From NCBI GenBank assembly GCA_964509895.1, contig CAZDZJ010000015.1, positions 14,983 to 78,982 on the forward strand: 64,000 bases of DNA, given 5' to 3'. Under the pieces are notes generated by a model that saw only the letters and a program-made list of their open reading frames with translations, did no database searches and was not told the origin of the DNA. Position 1 is the first letter of the stretch, and every line of letters begins with the position of its first letter. Position numbers and translations under genes: made by a program. The DNA comes from an uncultured Gemmatimonadota bacterium. GTDB lineage: Bacteria > Gemmatimonadota > Gemmatimonadetes > Palauibacterales > Palauibacteraceae. Below, one piece after another: positions 27,190 through 34,886 of this stretch.

Positions 27190-28188
27190 ATGGCCGTGAT
27201 TCGCGACATGATGCCCGCGTTCGAGCTCTTCCAGCCGACGAGCGTGGACGAGGCGCTGGACGTGCTCGAGCGCCACGACAACACCTGGGTCCTGGCCGGT
27301 GGCCTCGACTCGATGGACTGGTTCAAGGACCGCATCAAGCGACCCGATGTCGTGGTCGAGCTGGGCTCCGTGAGCGAGCTCACGGGGATTCGCGTCAGCG
27401 GGGACGGGCTCGAGATCGGCGCCATGACGTCGCTGCGCGATGTGGCGGCGAGCGAGGACGTGCGGGCCCGTTTCGGACTCCTCGCCGAGGCCGCCGCCGA
27501 GGTGGCGACGCCCCAGATCCGGAACCAGGGGACGCTGGGCGGCAACCTCATCCAGGACACCCGCTGCTGGTACTACCGCGGCGGGTGGCCCTGCTACCGC
27601 GCGGGCGGGAACATCTGCTACGCGGGGACGCCCCGCTCCATGAACCGCGAGCACGCCGTGACCGGACAGAGCCGCTGCGTGGCGGTGAACGGGGCGGACA
27701 CGGCGGGGGCGCTGGTCGCCCTCGGCGCGCAGATGATGGTGCGGAACGCGAGCGGCGAGCGCGTCTACGAGGCCGAGGACTTCTTCGTCGGCCCGGAGAT
27801 CGACATCCAGCGCATGACCGTGCTGGAGCCGGGAGACCTCCTGACACACGTGCGCATCCCCGGCGACTGGGCGGGCGCGCGCTTCTACTGGGAGAAGGTC
27901 CGCGACCGCAAGTCGTGGGATTGGGCGCTGGCCAGCGTCGCCGCCGCGATCGTCGAGTCGAACGGCACGATCGAGCGCGCCCGGATCGCGATCAACGGGG
28001 TGGCCCCGACGCCCGTGAGGCTGACCGCCGTCGAGAACCTCGTGCAGGGAATGCCGGCGAACGACGACACGGGCATGGCGGCCGGCGAACTCGCCACGCG
28101 CGGCTTCAACCCGCTGCGCCACAACGACTACAAGGTGCCGCTCGCGCGGAATCTCGTCCGGCGCGCGGTGCGGGGAGACGCAGCCTAG
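27190..28188 (+). CDS. FAD-binding subunit of molybdenum hydroxylase (PaoB/CoxM-like)
   Basis: 332 aa; FAD_binding_5 pattern (WVLAGGLDSMDW ... QNQGTLGGNL); directly follows Mo subunit. Confidence 0.85.
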   Translation: MAVIRDMMPAFELFQPTSVDEALDVLERHDNTWVLAGGLDSMDWFKDRIKRPDVVVELGSVSELTGIRVSGDGLEIGAMTSLRDVAASEDVRARFGLLAEAAAEVATPQIRNQGTLGGNLIQDTRCWYYRGGWPCYRAGGNICYAGTPRSMNREHAVTGQSRCVAVNGADTAGALVALGAQMMVRNASGERVYEAEDFFVGPEIDIQRMTVLEPGDLLTHVRIPGDWAGARFYWEKVRDRKSWDWALASVAAAIVESNGTIERARIAINGVAPTPVRLTAVENLVQGMPANDDTGMAAGELATRGFNPLRHNDYKVPLARNLVRRAVRGDAA

Positions 28189-28215
28189 CCACCTCCCGGA
28201 AAGGACACCGCCTGG

Positions 28216-29091
28216 ATGGAGATTCTCCGAACAGCGCCGAATCCCTGGGGCCAGGAGGTACTCGTCGGCGTCGCCTGGGATCTGCTCTGGGCCGCCGCCA
28301 TCGCCGGCTTCCTGTTCGTGGTCGGGCACCACCTTTATGTCTGGATCATGGCGCCCAAGGCTCCGAAGACCGCGCCGGAGGCGGCTCCCGAGGTACCGGA
28401 GCGGGTGGAGCGCCACTCACAGGCGTCCCGGACGTTCCACTGGCTCATGGCGGTGACGATGCTCACGCTGCTCGTCACGGCGTTCTTCCCCGTGATCGGC
28501 GTCCAGTTCGCCTGGGTCACGATCCACTGGATTGCCGGGATCGTCCTCACCCTCCTCATCATCTGGCATGTCATCCACGCGACGACGAAGCAGGACTTCT
28601 GGTCGGTGTGGACCGGGGCGAAGGAGATCGGGCAGGCGTTCCGGGCGGCCGGGAAGTTCCTGCGCCGCCAGCCGGCCAAGGAGGAGCGGTCGGGCAAGTA
28701 CCCACTCGACCAGCGGGCCTACCACAACGCGGTGACGCTCGTGTCGGTCGGGGTCATCGTCACGGGACTCCTCATGATGGTCGGGGTCGACACCTGGTTC
28801 TGGGCCAGCAACCCGTACTTCCTCTCCGACTCCACGTGGGGCCTCGTGTTCGTCCTGCACGGCCTGTGCGGGGTCGTCCTCGTCACGATGGTCATCGCCC
28901 ACGTCTACTTCGCCATCCGGCCCGAGAAGCGCTGGATGACCCGCTCCATGATCAAGGGCTGGATCACGCGCGAGGAATACCTCGAGCACTACGATCCCGA
29001 CCTCTGGAAGCTGGGGACGGAGCCGGCCGCGCCCGAGTTGGCCGGGGGGAGCGCCTCATCCGCGGATCCCGACGGGGTCGTGCCCGCTTGA
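28216..29091 (+). CDS. cytochrome b (Ni/Fe-hydrogenase/FdnI-type b-cytochrome family) membrane subunit
   Basis: 291 aa, 4-5 TM helices with conserved His pairs (HHLYVW, HWIAGIVL...WHVIH, HGLCGVV...AHVYFA). Confidence 0.7.
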   Translation: MEILRTAPNPWGQEVLVGVAWDLLWAAAIAGFLFVVGHHLYVWIMAPKAPKTAPEAAPEVPERVERHSQASRTFHWLMAVTMLTLLVTAFFPVIGVQFAWVTIHWIAGIVLTLLIIWHVIHATTKQDFWSVWTGAKEIGQAFRAAGKFLRRQPAKEERSGKYPLDQRAYHNAVTLVSVGVIVTGLLMMVGVDTWFWASNPYFLSDSTWGLVFVLHGLCGVVLVTMVIAHVYFAIRPEKRWMTRSMIKGWITREEYLEHYDPDLWKLGTEPAAPELAGGSASSADPDGVVPA

Positions 29092-29474
29092 GCCGGGGGG
29101 AGCTGAAGGCTCACATCGAGGTTCTCGAAAAGGCGTACGAGTTCTTCCTCTCCTACGCCGCGCTCGGCGCCGAGCGGGAGGAAGCCTCGAAGGTCGGCGG
29201 GCAGTTGCGGGAATACCTGAGCCGCGCGGATACCGCGCTTCGGGCGCTGGCCGACGACCTCGGCGGGCTGGCCGCGGCGGAGGGATTGGAACCGGCGGGC
29301 GCCTACGGCGAGATGATCGCCGTCACGTCCGCGGATGCCGCCCGGGCCGGGGCTGCCGTCCGGCTCGTCCTCACCCAGCAGACCATCAGCTCGCAGCTGA
29401 TCGACAACCTGAACGCGTCTTCGCACCTGCGGGCGCTCCTCACCGACCTCTTCCTCCTCGACGACGTCGTCTGA
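29089..29474 (+). CDS. hypothetical protein (possible accessory protein of the oxidoreductase operon)
   Basis: Protein-like ~128 aa reading frame (LKAHIEVLEKAYEFFLSYAALGAEREEA...) begins at TTG overlapping the cytochrome b TGA (cTTGAgc). It is only detectable as the tail of track ORF 27585..29474. Confidence 0.35.
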
Positions 29475-29504
29475 CCCTCGGTCGACCCGACGGGCTCCGG
29501 GAAT

Positions 29505-29551
29505 TTGACCACCCGTCAGTGCTTGCATATTATAGCATCAGATGACGTCAT
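29505..29551 (+). promoter_or_regulatory. sigma-70 promoter (TTGACC-N17-TATTAT) and 10-bp palindrome ATGACGTCAT upstream of vapBC
   Basis: Near-consensus -35/-10 with 17-nt spacer in an AT-rich island; perfect palindrome at 29542-29551 between -10 and RBS is a candidate VapB operator. Confidence 0.55.
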
Positions 29552-29577
29552 AAGATGCATGCATTAGAGGAAATGCG

Positions 29578-29823
29578 TTGAAGACACTGACGGTAAGGAA
29601 GATCCCGCCCGAACTCGGGAGCGCACTGAATGCCGAGAAGCGGCGTCGCGGCCAGTCGCTCAACCAGACGGTGATCGATCTGCTCAAGCAGAGCCTTGGG
29701 GTTGGGACGAGGCGGTCCAACGGGCTGGCGCGGTTTGCGGGGGCCTGGAGTGAGGAGGAGTACCGCGAATTCAAGGAAGCCACGAAGCAGTTCGAGGAGA
29801 TCGATGAGGACATGTGGCGGTGA
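29578..29823 (+). CDS. vapB: type II antitoxin, ribbon-helix-helix VapB/FitA-like
   Basis: 81 aa, TTG start with GAGGA SD; N-terminal RHH pattern MKTLTVRKIPPELGSALNAEKRRRGQSLNQTVIDLL. Confidence 0.7.
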   Translation: MKTLTVRKIPPELGSALNAEKRRRGQSLNQTVIDLLKQSLGVGTRRSNGLARFAGAWSEEEYREFKEATKQFEEIDEDMWR

Positions 29824-30227
29824 GCCGCTACTGCCTGGATACGTCCGCGTATATCGATACCCTGCGCGGGGACCGGCGGTTTGCGAGCATCCTCGACGCC
29901 GCCGCCTGGATCGGGGTGCCTACGATCGTACTCGGCGAATTGAGGGCCGGGTTCAGGCTCGGACGTAAAGGCGCCCGGGAGGAGGCGCGGCTGTCGGAGT
30001 TCCTGTCCAGCCCGGTCGTTGCAGTCGTGCCCGTGGATGAGGATGTGGCTGAGTGCTACGCCGACATTGCGGCGGATCTGCGCAGGGCCGGTACGCCCAT
30101 ACCCGCCAACGACGCCTGGATCGCCGCTTGCGCCGCGCACACCGGCTCCACCGTGCTCACCGCGGACGCGCACTTCGAGCGCATCCGGCGGATCGGCGTG
30201 TTGACTTTCGGGAGCGGGTCCGGCTGA
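29814..30227 (+). CDS. vapC: type II toxin, PIN-domain ribonuclease VapC
   Basis: 137 aa; GTG start overlaps vapB stop (gcGGTGAgc); PIN acidic residues (LDTSAYID ... E ... D). Confidence 0.8.
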   Translation: MAVSRYCLDTSAYIDTLRGDRRFASILDAAAWIGVPTIVLGELRAGFRLGRKGAREEARLSEFLSSPVVAVVPVDEDVAECYADIAADLRRAGTPIPANDAWIAACAAHTGSTVLTADAHFERIRRIGVLTFGSGSG

Positions 30228-30228
30228 G

Positions 30229-30957
30229 CTACGCGTCCGTGCGGGTGAAGGTGAAGGTGCCGATCGGTTCATCCGAGAAGGGGTGCTCCCCTCGCACGCT
30301 CCGGATCGGTTCCTTCGGCTGGGTGTCGTCGTTGGCCGACGTGTAGTTCGGCCCGCTGTCCGTCCCCGCGTCGTAGGGGTAGAGGATGACCTCGCGCTCG
30401 CCGACCCAGTTCCCCTCGTCGTCCCGAAGCGACAGTCCCGATACGCCCACGAACCAGTCCGGACTCGGGGCGATCATCGTCACCAGGGTGACCCGCGGAA
30501 AGTCCTCGCGAAGCGTGATCGCCTGAATCGTCGTGCTACCGGGGCTGCGGATCCCGGACCCGTTGACCACCGCCTGCGCGCCACCCGGCACCTGGGCGCG
30601 GATCTCGGCCGCGAGGGCGCTGGTGCCACCGGTTTCGGCCATGCTCTCGATTCCCGGCGTGGCCGCGCCGTCCCGCGCCCAGAAGGTCACGCTGTCGTTG
30701 TGCACGGCGCCGATCATCGGCGAGAAATGCGCCCCGCCCGGAAAGTTGGTGGGGTGCGTGGAGGCGCTCCACGTCGCTTCGAAGACAACGCGGTATGTGG
30801 CCGTGGTCGCCGCCGTCGGCGGCGGATCGGGTTCCGGGTCCGGCCTCGGCGCCGGTTCGGTCCCGGAACCGCCGCAGCCCGCCGCGGTTGCGAGAACGCC
30901 CGCGAGCATCAGTGGTCGGAGCCGGACGCTCAGAAACTTCGAAAGCATGAGGAACAT
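30229..30957 (-). CDS. spondin_N domain-containing lipoprotein
   Basis: Lipobox LATAAGCGG; YRVVFEATWSASTHPTNFPGGAHFSPMIGAVHN closely resembles bacterial Spondin_N (PF06468) homologues. Confidence 0.6.
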   Translation of the reverse strand: MFLMLSKFLSVRLRPLMLAGVLATAAGCGGSGTEPAPRPDPEPDPPPTAATTATYRVVFEATWSASTHPTNFPGGAHFSPMIGAVHNDSVTFWARDGAATPGIESMAETGGTSALAAEIRAQVPGGAQAVVNGSGIRSPGSTTIQAITLREDFPRVTLVTMIAPSPDWFVGVSGLSLRDDEGNWVGEREVILYPYDAGTDSGPNYTSANDDTQPKEPIRSVRGEHPFSDEPIGTFTFTRTDA

Positions 30958-30999
30958 GATGGTTCCAACCGTCGCAGTCCGGCAAAGGTTCCGGGAAGG

Positions 31000-32265
31000 T
31001 CAGCGGCAGGTGCGATCGACACGGTAGCGGTGAACATAGGGGACGTCGAATTCGCCGCGCGTTGTCGCCCAGACTTCGGTCCGACTCGCCCGGAGAATTC
31101 GTAGCCGCGGATCCCAGTCTTCGTGATCCGGCAGGCCCTCGATGTGCACCGAACCCTCGAGTTCCCCGTCTTCGCCGTAGATCTCCCAGACATCCGCCGG
31201 GTCGGGCCACGCTTCGCGGAGGAGCCACATCGAGCCATCATCCGCGGCCAGGATCCGGCGCACGGGGGGATAATTTTCCGGGAACGAGATGAGTTCGCGC
31301 CCGATCCGGCGCTTTCGCTCGGGGGTGCTCGTGTCCCACGGGGACCCGCCACGTGCCAGCCGATCCGCCATCCGTTCCCGCTGGACCGATGCTTCGGCGC
31401 GCGTGATGCGCCGGGGCTCGTACGGGACCGCTCGCCGCAGCAGCGTGTCGCCGTCGAAGCGGATCCGGAGGAGATCGAAGCTCGCGTCCTCCCGATCGTC
31501 CCGCACTTCACCTATGAGGACGATGGCCTGGCCATCGGGGGTGGCCGCGACCGGAAGCCACGACTCTCCCGGCCAGGGGCCGAGCGGATGGGAGATCATC
31601 ACGCCCCACCCGTACCGGTCCGTCTCATGCTCGAGGGCGTACCGGCCCAGGTGCCGCTCGACCATGGCCAGCGTATCGACGATCGACCCGGACGCGGAGA
31701 CGCGCCGCAGCGCGGCCCGGTCGGCCTTGAGGAAGAGCCTCGAGTCCTCGTTCACCGTCCGATAGGGCAGGAAGGTTCCGTCGGGCAGGGGCCGGCCGGG
31801 ATTCAGGTGGGATCCCTCCGCCGGGAGTCGGATTCTGAAGCTGACGCGACGGATTTCCTCGCCATCGGCCGAGAGGAACTGCGTTCCAAGCCGATGGCTC
31901 ACCCACAGCGTGTCACCCCGCCACCCCACATGGGATAGGGGGGATGGCCACTCTCCGGGCCCCTCCCCCTGGCGGCCGATCCTGCCCGCCGGACGGCCGT
32001 CGGGCCGGAAGACGCGGATGGGATCCCAGGATTGGAGGAGGTAGATCCGCCCGTCGGGCCCGATGGCCAGATCCCGCACGTAGGTAAGCATCCCATCGCC
32101 GTCCACCGAACCCAGACGGAGCGTCTCCTCCAGTGCCCAGGGACGGTCGCAGGCCGCCTGGCCCGCGAGCGGGGCCGCTCCGAACGCCCCGCAAACGGCG
32201 GCGGCGGCTGGAACCGCGAGCGCGCCGATCCGGAGCCAGTGCGTTACGTCATCAGACACGGGCAT
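31000..32265 (-). CDS. hypothetical secreted protein (beta-propeller-like repeats?)
   Basis: 421 aa with signal peptide (ALAVPAAAAVCGAFGAAPLAGQAA); no catalytic motif recognised. Confidence 0.5.
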   Translation of the reverse strand: MPVSDDVTHWLRIGALAVPAAAAVCGAFGAAPLAGQAACDRPWALEETLRLGSVDGDGMLTYVRDLAIGPDGRIYLLQSWDPIRVFRPDGRPAGRIGRQGEGPGEWPSPLSHVGWRGDTLWVSHRLGTQFLSADGEEIRRVSFRIRLPAEGSHLNPGRPLPDGTFLPYRTVNEDSRLFLKADRAALRRVSASGSIVDTLAMVERHLGRYALEHETDRYGWGVMISHPLGPWPGESWLPVAATPDGQAIVLIGEVRDDREDASFDLLRIRFDGDTLLRRAVPYEPRRITRAEASVQRERMADRLARGGSPWDTSTPERKRRIGRELISFPENYPPVRRILAADDGSMWLLREAWPDPADVWEIYGEDGELEGSVHIEGLPDHEDWDPRLRILRASRTEVWATTRGEFDVPYVHRYRVDRTCR

Positions 32266-33376
32266 GCCAGGCGGCGAGAACCTCCGTTTCCCTGTCGGCG
32301 GGGAGGCCCGCCCGGGGTTCGGCGCGGCGCTCCTCGGAGAGCGTGTTCCACCATTCGACCGTGTCGCGGGCGGTGTCGGCGAGCGGGCGGAAGGTGAGTC
32401 CGGCCTGCACGGCGGCGGCGACCGATACCTGGTTCATCCCCACCGTCTGTCCCTCCGGCGGGGTCCAGTTCGTCATGTGCATCCACGGCGCCACCTCCTG
32501 CTCCTGCATGAACCCGGTCGGCACCCAGGTGAACGTGGCCTCGGAACCGAGCGCCCCCCGGATCTCCTCCAGCATGTCGCCGAACTGCTGCACCTCGCCC
32601 GTCGCGTTGTACGTGCCTCCGTTCCCGGGGGTCTCCACCAGGCGCACGATCCACTCCGAGAGGTCGCGCGCGTCGACGTTCTGCACCGGGTCGGCGGGGG
32701 TGTTGGGGGCCAGCACCTCGCCGCCGCGGGCGACCCGCACCGGCCAGTACGTCCAGCGGTCGGTGTTGTCGCCGGGTCCGATGATCAGCCCCGGCCGCAC
32801 GTTGATCGCGTTCTCGCCGAAGGCGTCGCGGGCGTACTGCTCGCAGCGCGCCTTCCTCGGTCCGTACCCGCCGTCGTCCTCGGCCTCGTCCGGCGAGAGC
32901 TGCCCGACGTGGTAGTCCTCGTCGATCCCGACCCGGGCGAAGTCCGCGTACGCGGAGATGGACGAGACGAAGAGATAGCGGTCGACGTGGTCGCGGAGGA
33001 GTTCGGTCGTCGACGCCACCCAGCTCGGGTAGGAGGCGGAGTTGTCGATCACGGCGTCCCACTCCCGGCCCTCGAGCGCGGACAGATCGCTCGTGCGGTC
33101 CCCGATGAGTGGTTCGACGCGCTCGAAGTAGTCGTGGAAGAAGGGTGGCTCGGTCTGGCCGCGGGTGAAGATCGAAACCTCGTGGCCCCGGTCGAGGGCG
33201 TACTTCACCTGGTGAGGGCCGATGAAGCGGGTCCCGCCGAGGATGAGGATGCGGAGAGGCCGGTCGGCAGTCCCCGCACAGGCGGCGGAGCCGAAGGCGC
33301 CGAGCACGCCCAGCGCGCCTCCGGCGGCCGCGGACGTCTTCACGAACTCCCGCCGCGTCTGATTCCATTTCGTCAT
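32252..33376 (-). CDS. Tat-exported NAD(P)-dependent epimerase/dehydratase (SDR) family protein
   Basis: Start at internal Met MTKWNQTRREFVKTSAAAGG (twin-arginine signal); Rossmann motif ILILGGTRFIGPH. Confidence 0.7.
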   Translation of the reverse strand: MTKWNQTRREFVKTSAAAGGALGVLGAFGSAACAGTADRPLRILILGGTRFIGPHQVKYALDRGHEVSIFTRGQTEPPFFHDYFERVEPLIGDRTSDLSALEGREWDAVIDNSASYPSWVASTTELLRDHVDRYLFVSSISAYADFARVGIDEDYHVGQLSPDEAEDDGGYGPRKARCEQYARDAFGENAINVRPGLIIGPGDNTDRWTYWPVRVARGGEVLAPNTPADPVQNVDARDLSEWIVRLVETPGNGGTYNATGEVQQFGDMLEEIRGALGSEATFTWVPTGFMQEQEVAPWMHMTNWTPPEGQTVGMNQVSVAAAVQAGLTFRPLADTARDTVEWWNTLSEERRAEPRAGLPADRETEVLAAWHARV

Positions 33377-33434
33377 CTGTTCGTCCCTTTCGTCCTTTCG
33401 GGGCACCCGTGGGAGGAGCCCCGCAGACACTACA

Positions 33435-34886
33435 CTAGCGGCGGATCGCGACGATGCTGCCGACGCGTACCGTCATCTCGTTTTCGTGGAGGCTGAAGTG
33501 GACCTCGCGTCCGGTCTCGCGATCAAAGAAGGAAGCGTCGTTCAGCGGCAACAGTTCGGCACCGGCGGAGCCCTGGCGTAGCCCGCGCTCGCCCATCCGG
33601 AAGCGGAACTCGGCGCCCAATTCGGACGCCACGTAGGTGCCGAGGTACCGTTCACGCACTTCGGCCGGGACCTCGACAGGCACCTTCTCATCGGAGAGCG
33701 GGCCGGACCAGCCGTAGGCGTGCGCGACCGTGGCGGCGATCTCGGCCGCGAGCGGGCTCCCCGAGTCGGAGTTGGTCATCACGAAGACGCCGTCGTCCCC
33801 GTCGATGTACGCCGTGAACGTACAGCGGAAGCCCTGGTTCGAACCGCCGTGCCGGAAGCGCTCGCCGTCCGCCGAGATCGCCGGGCCCAGCCCCCAGTCA
33901 TCTTCGTCGGGCGTCAGCATCGCGCGCACGAGCGCTTCGCCCAGCACGTGGGTCGACGCCCCCCTCCACGCGCGCTGCACCTCGCGGGCGTAGAGCGCGA
34001 GTTCGCTCGGCGTCGTCCACAGCCCGGCGGCCGCCTGCTCGGGATAGGTGTGCCAACCGCCCCGGACCCGGTTGCCGCTCGGCCGGTAGCCCGTCGCGAT
34101 GTCGGCCTGCCTCTCGGGGGGAATCGGTTGCTCGTAGGTCGAGCGCGACATTCCGATCGGGTCGAGGACCTCCTCGCGCATGACGGCGGCGAACGGTTTC
34201 CCGGCCACATCGGCCACGAGCTGCTGCATCACCGTGTATCCGCCGCCGGAGTAGCGCCAGCTCTCGCCCGGCGTTTTCCAGGTGCGCACGGGGTCGGTGT
34301 TGCCGCGGCCATCGAGGACGCCCGGCCCGTCCGGCACCTCTTCGTCAGGACCGTACCCGGGGAAACCCCAAACGGTGAGACCGGCCCGGTGCGTGAGCAG
34401 CCCCCGCAGCGTGACCGGCGCCTGCTCCGTGAACCGGCTCTCCGGCACCTGCCAACTCGTGAGATAGGCGTTCACGTCTCCGTCCAGGTCGACGCGGCCC
34501 GCTTCGACGAGGCGCAGGGCGGCGAGCGCGGCCACCGGCTTGGAGATGGACGCCGCCTGGAAGAGCGTGTTCGGGGTCACCGGGCGACCCGACGCCACGT
34601 CGGCGAGCCCGTAGCCGCGGGCCCAGGCGATCTCGCCATCGACGAGCACGGCGATGCTCACCCCGGGGACGCCGAGTTCCACCATGCGGTCCGCGAGCGT
34701 GGGGCGTACGACGGGCTCGCCACGGATCGTGAACGTCGGCATCAGCGCCGACTCGACGAGCGCCTGAGGGGAGTCGTCGTACGCGCCCTCCGGGGCGGAC
34801 CCGTCGGGTGTCGGCGCCTGCGCGCAGGCCATGACGGTCGGGACGAGAGCGGTGCAAGCCATCGAGAGGGTTCGGGCCCGGTTCAT
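33435..34886 (-). CDS. serine hydrolase, beta-lactamase family (second copy)
   Basis: 483 aa, signal peptide, SxxK motif (ASISKPV), YxN-like motif; paralogous to 3923..5437. Confidence 0.8.
   Translation of the reverse strand: MNRARTLSMACTALVPTVMACAQAPTPDGSAPEGAYDDSPQALVESALMPTFTIRGEPVVRPTLADRMVELGVPGVSIAVLVDGEIAWARGYGLADVASGRPVTPNTLFQAASISKPVAALAALRLVEAGRVDLDGDVNAYLTSWQVPESRFTEQAPVTLRGLLTHRAGLTVWGFPGYGPDEEVPDGPGVLDGRGNTDPVRTWKTPGESWRYSGGGYTVMQQLVADVAGKPFAAVMREEVLDPIGMSRSTYEQPIPPERQADIATGYRPSGNRVRGGWHTYPEQAAAGLWTTPSELALYAREVQRAWRGASTHVLGEALVRAMLTPDEDDWGLGPAISADGERFRHGGSNQGFRCTFTAYIDGDDGVFVMTNSDSGSPLAAEIAATVAHAYGWSGPLSDEKVPVEVPAEVRERYLGTYVASELGAEFRFRMGERGLRQGSAGAELLPLNDASFFDRETGREVHFSLHENEMTVRVGSIVAIRR

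Noticed and set aside
24787-28416. 1209-aa minus-strand ORF spanning the oxidoreductase operon
   Set aside because: Antisense shadow of three well-supported + strand genes (Mo, FAD, cytochrome b subunits)
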